NCBI RefSeq assembly: GCF_036321535.1
Contig: NC_087437.1
Coordinates: 40,550,001 to 40,614,000, forward strand
Reading direction: 5' to 3'
Source: Camelus dromedarius
Lineage: Eukaryota
Length of the DNA: 64,000 nucleotides
Under the pieces are notes generated by a model. The model was not told where the DNA came from. It did not search any database and saw only the letters and a list, made by a program, of their open reading frames with translations. Below are positions 1 to 12,299 of the stretch, piece by piece (within the stretch, counting starts at the first letter, position 1; each line of letters starts with the position of its first letter). A program made the translations under genes and the position numbers.

Positions 1-71
1 TTCCTGGAATTTTTGTTAAGGGTGAATCATGTAGAATGCTTTCTGTGTCCTCAGTGGTTTCCACAGTGTTT

Positions 72-209
72 TTTTGTTTTGGTTTGGTTTTCTTTTTTTG
101 GAGGGAGGATAATTAGGTTTATTTATTTTTAGAGGAGGTACTGGGGATGGAACCCAGGACCTTGAGCATGCTAGGCATGCGCTCTTCTACTTGAGCTATA
201 CCCTCCCCC
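72..209 (-). mobile_element. tRNA-derived SINE (camelid Vic-1-like) with 13-bp TSD
   Basis: Reverse complement reads GGGGAGGGTATAGCTCAAGTAGAAGAGCGCATGCCTAGCATGCTCAAGGTCCTGGGTTCCATCCCCAGTACCTCC plus an A-rich tail. TSD ttccacagYgttt at 59-71 and 210-222. Confidence 0.85.
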
Positions 210-288
210 TTCCACAGCGTTTAAAATGCAGTTACACCGCCTTATTCTGAATCTTGGTTTCACATGTTCTCTCTCTCCTGTGTTTTAG

Positions 289-375
289 ATTGTTCTTTGT
301 CATAGAGTATGTTAATGGAGGCGATCTAATGTTTCATATGCAGCGACAGAGAAAACTTCCTGAAGAACATGCCAG
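289..375 (+). CDS. PRKCI: Protein kinase C iota, coding exon (human exon 11 equivalent), kinase domain
   Basis: ttttag|A...GCCAG|gttag, 87 nt; encodes (R)[28 protein letters not shown](R). Confidence 0.97.
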
Positions 376-1779
376 GTTAGTTTCCTGTTTATTGTTTGCT
401 CGATTTGGATTTTGCAAGGGAGAGCTGTGGGACTTTTTATATGCCAGTGAAACAGTAGGTAAATCATTGATTTTGATACTAGTTAATTCTTTATGTCATG
501 TAGAGACTAAGCTAAAAGTTAATTTATATTATAATATATATAATATGTTATATATATAATAATTGTAAGCAATTAAAAAGTGTAAACAGTATCAAAGGAG
601 AAACCTTTAATCTACTGAACTCAGTTGCTTTCAAATATTTTGTCTATTCAGCATCAGCCACTGAAAGAATTGATGAATTTATAAACACTTTACTAATCTC
701 CTCAAGTTTGCAGTGATCTCTGGCAATACTTATTAGAAGATTATATTTCATATATACTTGAGAGTAATAAAACAATTCCTCTCAAGCTATTATGTAATTC
801 TGATTGTTCTTCCATAATTATAATCTCTAAATTGTTTTGCCTTTGACTTTTCCCCTTATGATCCCATGTGCTGATTAATAAGAGAAAAGTGTGTTAAATA
901 TCATTTGTTTGTTTAGTGCTCTTAAGATATTATGCAAGATTGTATATTGTTTATATAAATGTTGGAGGAGTTAGGTGGCTAGGCACCATGGTCTTGGTTA
1001 TGAAGTTTAATCCATCAGTGCCATGCTTTGCTGTTTTTCACTCATAATTAGCAGTAATTCTACCCTTTTGCCCTTTACAAGAGTAATGCCAAAAAGAAGC
1101 ATAGGAGTTTGTATAGGTATGTAACAAAGGTTAGATATTGATTTTAAAAAATAACTTATTTAGTGGAAATCTTGCTATTCATTGATATTTCTTGTCAAAA
1201 AGAGATAATATCCTTCAACTTCATAAGAAGATATAAAGTGTATTAATCTAATCTCAAGGCCAAACTCTTTGTTTTTTACTGTATGTTCATTATTTATTTA
1301 GGCTTTATCAAATGCTTACCCTTCATAGCAAAGCCACAGATGATATTTTAAATTGTGAATATAGCCAGTATTTCTTCCTTGTTTGTTCAGTTGGACTTGG
1401 GGGAAGTAACCTAGTTTTTACTGTATTAAAGTGCCCATTCTGGTTTTATACCATTTTCACTTTTCTAGGAACCAAAGTGCGGGATAAGGGCTCAAATTCC
1501 CTCTTCATAGAATTAAGTAGCTAGAAGGTGTGTATTACATACCTCCAAGCATGATCGTGATAGTATTCACCAAAGCAGCTATAAATCAGCTTGGGTGTTT
1601 CATTTTCATTGTTCAGGTCAGAAGTTCTGCTTATCACCAACGAGTTGGTGGCAGTTTTGAAAAGTTCTTTAATATTAAATGTTACTATTGTAGAATAATT
1701 TCTTCCCATTCCTTTTCTAGAAGTTTAGTATAGATTTTATGGTTTGAGGGGTCAACTCTCCATACTCTTTTATTTTAGA

Positions 1780-1945
1780 CCAGCCAATGATTCTTAGCAT
1801 TTGGGGAGATCATTTGTCCCTTAGAGAAGTGATGTAAGCTGTGGAAACAATTGGAGAAGTACACGTACATACAACTTTGCATCCAGTTGTAGGAATATGG
1901 ACTTTCTGAAGTCTATCCAAGGACCCAGATTAAGAACCTCTGCTT
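1780..1945. mobile_element. Degenerate hAT-Charlie MITE (MER103/MER117-like)
   Basis: Termini resemble caatgattcttagc...gattaagaacctctg; family assigned by recall. Confidence 0.4.
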
Positions 1946-2146
1946 GAGACGTTCAAATTAAACATTAAACTTTACAAAAAGTATGAGTTTAATTTAGACT
2001 GGAACTTTTGTAGTTATATTTGGGGCTCAGCTATTTTAAAGTGGTACTCCAATTTGTGTTTTGGTGTTGTTCCTAAAAACACTGGAAGAAAAAAATCTTT
2101 TGACATGATTTTGATGTTCTGGTTTGCAGATGGGAGTAGGATTTAA

Positions 2147-2413
<267 letters not shown>

Positions 2414-3768
2414 TAACTTCATATTTAAAGATGGGGAAATAATTGCTACTTTGTTTAGGATACTTTTTGGAATTCTAGCACAAAGGCAAATGTACTTACT
2501 TCCTAGCCATTTACGAAATTCCATATTTTCTGTGTTATGTTCTATAATAAAGAGTTAATTTATTTTTATTGTCCATAAGTTTTTGTCTTGAAAGTTGTGA
2601 CACTATTGAAGAAAATGTGGTGGTAAAAGCTGTCTGCAAACCCACAACTTTAACGCAACTGCTTGTGAATCTCCTTCCAGTTTTTGCCATTTAATTGTGA
2701 TGCTTAATAATGCATTCAAGATTTTCCTAGGAAATCTAACTTTTTTTTATATTTAAATTTAAACATCTGACATCAAGTATAATAGAACCAAATAATTTTC
2801 ATTACTCTCAGGACATATCCTTTATTTCTTGATATTTTATTCTTTTTTGTAACAACATTCCATGTAAGGGTCCAGTCTTCTTTGACAAAACGTGTAGGGA
2901 GCTACTTTCCTCATTAAAAGAGCTGGGGTGGAATGATCTTCACACAGTAAATACGGCAGCAAGTGTGTAAATCTGCTGATCGCCTGTCCCCACTCACCTG
3001 AGGGAAGTGCCTTCACAGCCTCTCTCCTCTATTCAGAGAAATTTGGGAATCCTCTTTTGCCTGGAAAATACTATTAGAAAAAAATTACTTGAACTTTTGT
3101 TACTCTTATTGAAAAATTATATTGGTTTGTAATATATTCTCCTCTTCCCAGAGATCCTTGATCAAGTTAATCAGGATCTTTGATAAATCTTAAAGGTTTT
3201 ATTTAGTAGTTCTTGAAATTGATTGTCTTGCTTGTCTCCCTTTCTGTCTTTCCTCCTTCTCCAGGAGCTGTTTCTAATTATTAGTAGGAAAAGATACCAG
3301 GGTTGGAAGTCTTGTTCAGAGACTTTACTAACAGAACTTTGTCTCTTTTCCAACTAACATTTACATCCAATATTAAAGCTTATGGGAAATAAATCCCCTG
3401 AATTTTGAATGTTCTTATTTTGTGACTTAGAGTTAGTATTTAAACTTACCTGAAGTCTGACCTTGGGCAAATATTGGGTGAATTTCTTTTCCTTACAGTA
3501 GTTCTTTGAGAAATCTAAGACACAGGTTTTTTTCATAGTTTCTCCGCAAATACTTTAGATTTCATTAATTTCTTCAGTTTCTCACTAGGTGCTTTTATAT
3601 AAAGAATGCAGAGAATGGTGCTGACTGTAGGCATATGAAGACTGCAGTTAATATCGTCAGACTTATGTTTGAAATATTTTATGAACATTGATTTTTTGTT
3701 GTCTGAAAAACTTTAGCTGTTTTATCAGTTGATGTGCCTTTAATTTTGTTTTTTCCTCAGCAGGTGAC

Positions 3769-4040
3769 TTTTTTTTTAATGAAGTGCAGTCAGTTACATT
3801 GTGTCAATTTCTGGTGTACAGCACAATGTCCCAGTCATGCATACATATACATATATTCATTTTTATTCTTTTTCATAAAAGGTTATTATAAGATATTGAA
3901 TATAGTTCCCTGTGCTGTACAGAAGAAACTTTTTAAAATCTATTTTTATATATGGTGTCTAACATTTGCAAATCTCAAACTCCCAAATTTATCCCTTCCC
4001 ACCCCCTTTCCCTGGTAACTATAAGATTGTTGACTGTGTC
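3769..4040 (-). mobile_element. 5'-truncated L1 3' end (camelid-type)
   Basis: Poly-T followed by aatgaagtgcagtcagttacattgtgtcaatttctggtgtacagc...; partial TSD cagcagg at 3758 and 4041. Confidence 0.8.
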
Positions 4041-4272
4041 CAGCAGGGGGTTTTATAATCATATCTATGATATACTGTAGATAGTTCAGCTGATGAGCCT
4101 ACATTCAGATAGCCAGTCACAAGGTTATAGCATAGCTCTTTTACAGGTTAACAAACTGCATCCCTTGCCTCTGACTCTTGCCTTGAAAATGCGTGTCATT
4201 TACCATGAGACTATATGTCAAACCATTGCCAATAATACAGAACAACTTAAATCACATTCATAGTTCCTTGTA

Positions 4273-4589
4273 TAGGCATACCTCGTGCTATTGTACTTCG
4301 CTTTACTGTGCTTCACAGGTACTGTGTTTTTTGAACACAGGTTTGTGGCGACCCTGTGTTGTCAGATGATGGTTAGCTTTTATTTTTAACAATAAAACAT
4401 TTTAAAATTAAGGTATGCACTTTGTTTTTTAGACATAATGCTGTTGCGCACTTATTAGATTACAGTATAGTGTAAACATAATTTTTACATGCACTGGGAA
4501 ACCAAAAATATTCATGTGACTTGTTTTATTGTGATCCGCTTTATCGCGGAATTCTGGAACCAAACCATGATATCTCCACAATGTGCTAA
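4273..4589 (+). mobile_element. Tigger1 internal-deletion derivative (Tigger1a_Art-like MITE)
   Basis: Starts taggcatacctcg (Tigger1 TIR-like) and ends gatatctccacaatgtgctaa; flanked by TA dinucleotides; contains gcactgggaaaccaaaaa. Confidence 0.8.
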
Positions 4590-5049
4590 TATACAAAGAT
4601 AACATACATATCCCTATTAGGGATCTTAAAAAGATCCTTGGAGTCACAACATGTATTACTATATGTTTCTTCTAAGTGGTTATATTAGTGTTATATATAG
4701 TAGTAAAAAATTTGAAGAAAAATATGTACCCCAAGCCCAGAATATCTCTGCGGGAACACATAAGAACCTCATACCAGTGGTTACCTCTAGGGAGCTGGAA
4801 CTGGATGTGTCAGGGACAAGAATGGGAGAAAGGCTTGGTTTTTAGAGACTATCTCCCTGCCTTTTTCTGTTTGGAATTTTGTACCATATAATTTAACAAT
4901 AGGGAAATGGTTAATAGGTACATATGTTCAATTGAATTTTATAGTCATTAATAATAAGTCTGTAATCACATGGGAAATTACATGCTTATAAAGTAAAAAA
5001 AAAACATACTTAATTGTATATTTACTATTATTCAGCTTATTTTTAGATG

Positions 5050-6392
5050 ATCTTTTTAGTGTTTTAAGTTCAGGTATGGTTGATATACAATATTATATAA
5101 GTTTCAGGTGTACAACATAGTGATTCACAGTTTTTAAAGATTATACTCCTGTTATAGTTATTAAAATATGGGTTATATTCCCCATGCTGCACAATATATC
5201 TTTGTAGCTTATTTATTTTATATAGTAGTTTGTACCTCTTAATCCCTTATCTCTATTTTTCTTTTCCCCCTCTCTCTCCACACTGGTAGCCACTAGTCTG
5301 TTCTCTGTATCTGGGAGTCTGGGTGCGGGGGTTGTTGTAATTGTCACATTCACTACTTTGTTGTATTCCTTCGATTCCACATATAAGTGATAGCATACAG
5401 GATTTCTTTTTCTGTGATTTATTTCACAAGGCATAATACCCTCCCAAGTCCATCCATGTTGTTGTAAATGGCAAAGTCTCATTCTTTTTTGTGACTCACA
5501 GTATTCCATTGTGTGTGTGTGTGTGTGTGTGTATACCATATCTTCTTTATCCGTTTGTCTATCAGTGAACACTTAGTTTGCTTCCATATCTTGGCTATTG
5601 TAAATAACGCTGCTATGAACATTAGGGTGCAAGTATCTTTTCAAATTAATGTTTTCGTTTTCTTCAGACATGTATGTATCCAAGAGTGGAATTGCTATAT
5701 CACATGGTAGTTCTATTTTCATTTTTTTTGAGGAATCTCCATACTGCTTTTCACAGTGGCTGCACCAATTTACATTCCCACCCATAGTATGCAAAGGTTC
5801 CCTTTTCTCCACATCCTCACCAACATTTGTTGTTTGTGGTCCTTTTGAGAATAGGTGGGACAGTTGTGAGGTAGAGGCTCATTGTAGTTTTGATTTGCAT
5901 TTCTCTAATGATTAGTGATGTTGAACATCTTGTTTAGTGCCTGTTGGCCATCTCTATGTCTTCTTTGGAAAAATACCTGTTCAGTCCTTCTGCCCATTTT
6001 TTAACTGAGTTATTTGGGTTTTTGGAATTGTTCATATATTTTAGATATTAACCTGTGTATCTCATATCATTTGCAAATATTTTCTCCCATTGAGTAGGTT
6101 GTCTGTTCATTTTGTCGACTTCCTTTGCTGTGCAGAAGCTTTTAATTTTAATTAGGTCCCATTAGTTTATTTTTGCTTTTGTTTCCTTTGCCTTAGGAGA
6201 CAGATAAATAAATATATATTGCTATGATATATGTCAGAGTGTTCTGCCTATGTCTCCTTGTAGGAGTTTATGGTTTCCAGTCTTATATTTAGGTCTTTAA
6301 TCCATTTGGAGTTTATTTTTGTATATGATGTAAGAAAATGTTCTAATTATTCTTTTACAAGTAGCCGTCTAGTTTACCCAGCACCCCTTAGT
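5050..6392 (-). mobile_element. L1 3' fragment (ORF2 end and 3'UTR), antisense in PRKCI intron
   Basis: Minus-strand ORFs with degenerate L1 ORF2 C-terminal motifs (MEKREPLHTMGGNVNWCSHCEK; ELPCDIAIPLL). Confidence 0.9.
5511..5532 (+). repeat. (GT)11 microsatellite inside L1
   Basis: Read directly from the sequence. Confidence 0.95.
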
Positions 6393-6394
6393 GA

Positions 6395-6651
6395 AGAGTC
6401 CAAGATCAAGGCAGAATCAGCGTCTGAAGGCACCCTTCCTAGTTTGCATGTGGGTGAAGGCGCATGGCTCTCTTCTCCTCGTATCCTCACGGAGCAAGGA
6501 GACAGGGGGGCTTTATAAGAACATGAATCCCATCATGTGAGCTTCAACCTCATGGCCTGATTACCTCCTCAAAGCCCCCACCTCCCAGTGCTATACCACT
6601 GGGGCTTCAGCATATAAATTTTGGGTGCACACAAACATTCAGTACATGGCA
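6395..6651 (-). mobile_element. Partial MaLR LTR (MLT1A/MST-like)
   Basis: gtccaagatcaaggc...ttacctcctcaaagcccccacctcc...aacattcagtacatggca; same family motifs as the copy at 63.6-63.95 kb. Confidence 0.75.
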
Positions 6652-7246
6652 GTGACTGTGAAATTCTCTTAATAATTTTGTCCATTTTCACTATTTGTAT
6701 TTTGAGGCTGTGTTGTTAGCTACATACAAGTTTCTTTTAGCTTCTTGGTGATTGTTCCATTTGTTATTTATACATATTGTATAAATGTATCTATTCATAC
6801 ATATTAGTGTGTTTTACCTTAATTTTATCCATCCTGTAGCTATTAAATACAAAACCAAAAAACATGTGCCTTAGGAAGAACAACCAGAAGGGAATCACCA
6901 TAATGCCAGCAGTGGTTGTGTTGGGAGGTGGGATTTAAGGTGCTTCTTTTCTTCATAAAATATGATTCCTCTACTCATGTAATTTATATTTTTGTGTTAA
7001 ATTTTGACTTGAATATAAATTATTTTCAATGCAATTTTTATCTCAATTGAACTGACTGTAATGAGGATAGGTTTTCTTGAAGTTATTTAGCAGGAACGTG
7101 TGATTTCAATAATAAAGGCAACTGTGCTAGCGATATGTGAGCTTAATATATTACCTACAGATGCTAAACTTATATGATAGATGAAATAAAAGAGGTGAAT
7201 TTAAAACATTTTGCATTTTGTTATTATTGTTTCTCTTTTTTAATAA

Positions 7247-7357
<111 letters not shown>

Positions 7358-7544
7358 TAGCTATGTACTAGGGGGTTGTTAAACATGATACCAATTGCAT
7401 TATAGTATGCTATAGTATTTCATTACTGATCTTATTAATATCAATTTACTTGATCCCTTTCAATCTCACATGAAAACCCCAAACTCTGAAATCAGAGACA
7501 GTGGGACCTTGGCAGTATTTGAAGGTGCAGATTTTAATAATATT

Positions 7545-7765
7545 TTATTAGTGGCAGGCACTTATGAGTACTAGGCACTGTTCTAAGCAGTTTGCATATA
7601 TTAACTAAGTTAATCTTAATAATCCTGTGAGGTCAGCACTGTTAATTCCCATTTTACAAACAAGGAAACTGATGCACAGAAAGTTTAAATAGCTTGCCCA
7701 AGGTCATGTAGCTAAAAAGTGGCAGAGCTGGGATTTAAACTTTAGTCATGTGACTCCAGAGTCAT
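7545..7765 (-). mobile_element. MIR SINE
   Basis: MIR core cccattttacaaacaaggaaactgatgcacaga...cttgcccaaggtca...ggcagagctgggattt. Confidence 0.85.
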
Positions 7766-8344
7766 AAACCTCTGAAAGATTGTTCAGAATTCCTGTGGTA
7801 TTTACCACTAGGAATTTGAAAGATGGAGGAAAGATTGAGTGCTTGTCAGGAACCAGAAGATATGTTTATCTTAAGGAAACATTTGACCCTTTGGGTTCTG
7901 GCCCTCTGATTTCAGCAGTTGTAAAGGAGGATGAGTACTTCTTATAGTGGCTCATAATCTGATTCCAGCATCCTTCAAAGATCTTTAATCAGCTATCAGA
8001 AGATCAAGTTTCACACCAAGGAAGGTTATCCTCAAATACAATTTATATCCTCATAACAAAATACTAGATAGAGGCCATTAGTCTGAAATTACAGATGTAT
8101 TTGGGAAGAGAAATTCATGTTTCACTTTCTATATTTGATTTTTAAAGTTATCTTTTAGACACCTCCCCTTTTTGATTAGTGAAATATTCCTATAATCCCC
8201 AATGTCTACTATGGTAGTTATAGTGTATAGTTTACTTTTTCATTATGTTTATCTTCTTTATTATGTAATAAAATGAATCTCAAATTACTGGCTCTGAAGA
8301 ATGCAGAATGGATAATTTATTGCTTTAAAATTTCTTTTTTGAAG

Positions 8345-8470
8345 GTTTCAGTGTCGACTGGTGGGCTCTTGGAGTGCTGATGTTTGAGATGATGGCAGGA
8401 AGGTCTCCATTTGATATTGTCGGGAGCTCAGATAACCCTGATCAAAACACAGAGGATTATCTTTTTCAAG
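8345..8470 (+). CDS. PRKCI: PRKCI coding exon 14
   Basis: gaag|GT...CAAG|gtaatt, 126 nt; (G)[41 protein letters not shown]. Confidence 0.97.
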
Positions 8471-8929
8471 GTAATTTGCAGTATTTTATCAAGATTCTCT
8501 GTGAATAACCTATTCTAGAGCATGAATGAAGACAACTCAAGTTAGTACTTTGAGTAAGAAAGAGGAGAATAATCTAGACAATATACAGCTTCACATGTGA
8601 GGCTTTGAGTTTGGTTTGGTTTTGTTTTGTTTTGATATCTCCTTCCTACCTCTGTAGTCTTCAGTCCCTTTCGCCAGTAACCTCATACTCAAAATCATGA
8701 CAGAGAGGTTCCTTCAGATTGTACATCACAGAGATTGGAGGAAGGAATTGTGTGACATTTTATTTAGACCACAATGCTGAGTGCAGAAGTCCAAGAACCA
8801 TATTGAGTGGAAAGTAGCATACCAAGAAGATAAGAGGGTTCAAAAGGTGAAGAAAAAAGCCCCACAATTGGAAATACAAAGAATTGAACAGAAGTGCCAT
8901 TAAATTCTACATTTAATGATTAAGGCCAT

Positions 8930-9330
8930 CACAGGAAATGGATAGATATTTCATATAATGGGAAGTCCAGGTGGCTGTGGAATATGTGGAAAGACGTTCG
9001 ACCTCACTACTAGTTAGGGGTGTGCATGTTAAAACATTGAGCTACTTTTTATACTCCCACATTTGGTAAAAATTTCAAAGTCTGATAATACCAATGCTGG
9101 TGAGGTTATGGAGCGATTGGAACTCTCATAGACTGGTGGCAGGAGTGAAAAATTGACACAACAGCTTTGGAGAATAATTTGGCAGTGTCCAGTAAAATCG
9201 AATATGGTAGTATGTGCCACACATTTCACAGGTACTAACACCTTTAAACCTGACAACACCCCTATGAAGCAGGTGTTATTTTTATTCCAGTTTTACAGAT
9301 GAGGAAACTAAGGCACAATAAGGTAGTCAA
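8930..9330. mobile_element. Old L1M fragment (+, ~8930-9230) followed by MIR core (-, ~9250-9330)
   Basis: aagtctgataataccaatgctggtgagg...ctttggagaataatttggcag (L1M); ttttacagatgaggaaactaaggcac (MIR). Confidence 0.65.
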
Positions 9331-9549
9331 AGAGTAAAATATATGCATATAACTGGTAAAAACAGTGTTTAGATGAGAGGCTGTCTCAGAAGGAAGGAGC
9401 GAAGTGGGACTGGGAAAGGACACAGGACGCTGAGGTGGTATATGTGACATCTTGTTTCTTTCTGCTAGGTTGCCTTAAATATCTCATAATAATAAAGTTT
9501 AAGATTAAAGCCCTGTAAAAGTTAAATGCTGTCAATTTTATCTTTCTAG

Positions 9550-9629
9550 TTATTTTGGAAAAACAGATTCGCATACCACGTTCTCTGTCTGTAAAAGCAG
9601 CAAGTGTCCTGAAGAGTTTCCTCAACAAG
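9550..9629 (+). CDS. PRKCI: PRKCI coding exon 15
   Basis: ttctag|TT...AAG|gtataa, 80 nt; (V)[26 protein letters not shown]. Confidence 0.96.
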
Positions 9630-10975
9630 GTATAAATTGTGTGTAAAACCTTTAGTGATTTAATCTCTCTGTACAAACGAAACCGGTAAGTAGAGGCGCA
9701 GGCAACGTAAGATTGTAAAACATCAGGGTATGTAACTTTTCAGTTAGATCTGGAATTTGTCTCTTCACCGTAGAGTAAGTTGGCAGCATTAGATCCTGAG
9801 ATCAATTGTCCTTTCCATTTTGCCAATATAATTTGCCCCCAGCTATATGTTACATTTTCAATGTAAATGATATATACCATGTACTCAGGGGAAAATTACA
9901 TCTTTGAGGATAGTCTCAATTGTACTGTTGCTCTATTTTTCAATTTTCTTTGGATTATTACTCATAGAATGTCTTTACTTATTGAGCACTTGTGGCAGTC
10001 GTGTTGCTTACAAATTCTCACGTCAAAGTCCTATAATTAGATAATACTCAGAAGAAATGCTATCATTGGCACATTAAAAAAAAATCTGAACACATTCCAT
10101 TGTTTGTTGCAGTTGGTAGGCTAGAAGAGTTTTAGAATCTAAGGTTGCAGTTCTTAACTGTTTTTACTCATCACTTCTGACGCCAAACATGTAGGTTTTT
10201 CCCATACCAACAACCAACTCTTACTTTAAAATCATATTTTAAATAAATGATATGTTAGAAAGTAGGCTGATTTGCAGTTTACTTTCTAAGATACATAGGT
10301 AATGACCAATTTTAATAAAATAAGAAATTCAAGCTTGTTTTAAATGAGTACTTTATATGAGGAAAAATTTAAACTGATACCTAAGCTTCAATACATTGAA
10401 AAATGAAGGTGAGAAGTGTTAATGTGCAAAAAAACAAAATGCCTTTTATTGGAAAGGAAAGGGGGAACACGTTCTCATTCATGATAATTTTGTAAGTTGC
10501 TGGCCCCTTCTCAGTCCAGTGATTCAGATAATGATTGTATCATCATAGTACACAGATTTTGGTTTGCTGCTATAATTGGGCATAAGGCTTTTAAATGGAG
10601 CTAAGAATAAACTTGTAAAGTTTAGGAGTTTGCATATTTTGACTGTCACTCTAACCCATGTCAACAGAAGAGCTGGATGCTGCCCAAGTGATTCTGCTGC
10701 TCTCTTTTCCCTCCCACTTTTCTTTAGCAAGGTGTTGTGACAGGTCTCCACTTGAATTACAAGATAGCTCTAGAGAGAGCCTTGAGGAAATCCTACTTGT
10801 TACAAGCCTCAGATACTCATTTGATATCCAGTGTTATGCTTTCTAGAAATGAAAGGTAGACCATTCTGATTTCAGACATATAGACACATATTAGACACAA
10901 AACATAGGTCACAAAGGTGATTGATTCTAAAGCAGGATATTCACGCAGTTCTTGAAACATTTCTTTGCACCATAG

Positions 10976-11065
10976 GACCCAAAGGAACGATTGGGTTGTC
11001 ATCCTCAAACAGGATTTGCTGATATTCAAGGACACCCGTTCTTCCGAAATGTTGATTGGGATATG
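10976..11065 (+). CDS. PRKCI: PRKCI coding exon 16
   Basis: catag|GAC...ATG|gtatgt, 90 nt; [30 protein letters not shown]. Confidence 0.97.
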
Positions 11066-11448
11066 GTATGTAAATTTTGATTGTGTTATGTATTAGGTTT
11101 CATTATTTTGGTTGGCCAAAGTTTATTAACTTAGAAGAACATTGGAAAAAATAGTATATCACAGCTTAAATAACTTAAAACCACTCTTGCAAGTGCTTTT
11201 TAAAAAGTTTTCAAAACAGTAAAAGCTTAGAGTGTTAATTTAATGGAATATTAAAATGATGTAGTATTATGGAGACCTGCATCAATGTTCAGATTAGTAA
11301 ATTATTTCCATCATTGTGAATATTGTAGAACCATGCCTAGGGACTCACTGTAATAAGACCGGGAAGCATCTGAGGGCAGAGGAGAAATATAAAGGTGGAA
11401 TTTTCCTAAGAATGCAGGCTTGAGCTGTCATCCACTGTGTCTTTCTAG

Positions 11449-11564
11449 ATGGAGCAAAAGCAGGTGGTACCTCCCTTTAAACCAAATATTTCTGGGGAAT
11501 TTGGTTTGGACAACTTTGATTCTCAGTTTACGAATGAACCTGTCCAGCTCACTCCAGACGATGA
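11449..11564 (+). CDS. PRKCI: PRKCI coding exon 17 (AGC C-tail, turn motif QLTPD)
   Basis: ttctag|ATG...GA|gtaagt, 116 nt; [38 protein letters not shown]. Confidence 0.97.
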
Positions 11565-11719
11565 GTAAGTAATTCCATAAACTGTAATGTTTTTAAAGTT
11601 CTTTGAAAATTCCATTTTTAATGGCTACAATATTTCATTATCAGATTACACTATAATTTAATCATTCGGTTACAGGATATTTGATTTATACAATAATAAA
11701 AACAGTAACTGCCATTTTC

Positions 11720-11910
11720 TACTTTGCTTTACATGTATTATCTCTGATTCTCACAACCACCTTGTAAACCTAGTCTGTGTCACCTTCGTTTTTCAGATAA
11801 GGGAACCGAGGCTCAGAGAGGTTAAGCAAAGTTACACAGCTGTGAGGTGGCAGAGCCAGGATTCATACCCAAGTCTGACTAAGGCCTGTCCTCTTTCCAC
11901 TGCACTGCAC
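11720..11910 (-). mobile_element. MIR SINE
   Basis: ttttcagataagggaaccgaggctcagagaggttaag...ggcagagccaggattcataccc. Confidence 0.8.
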
Positions 11911-12299
11911 TGTTTCCCATTGTGATGATGACCTTCTTTGTCAGTTCCTGAGTATTACAAAGATAGATTCCTAGAGGGGGAATTAGGTCAAAGGGTATGA
12001 GCTTTGTAAAGCTCTTGATATATATTGCCAAATTGCTTTTTTAAAAGATTACATCAACGTATCAAGTCCAGCCAGCAGTGATCTGACATATGTTTTGTGT
12101 GTATGTTGTATCTTTTAGAATAACTTGGGAATATCTGATCATTCACCTGTCGTTACAGATTCCTTCTCTCATCTCATGGAGGCCCTTACTGCTTGGCAGT
12201 CATTTTACTTTTACATCTTGTTAGTTCTTATCATATTTCTCACCACAGCTGTTCCTGACTATCTCTGCATTTTAGAAGCCTTCAACCCCACCCCTGCCT

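Noticed and set aside
3745..3770. Pyrimidine tract plus CAGCAG|GTGACT resembling a recursive splice site or 3-nt microexon
   Set aside because: The intron is only ~4.9 kb, the donor is weak, and the motif overlaps an L1 target-site duplication.
5213..6518. ORFs of 65-119 aa (also at 37846-38112 and 62156-63449)
   Set aside because: Degenerate L1 ORF2/3'UTR remnants, not host genes.
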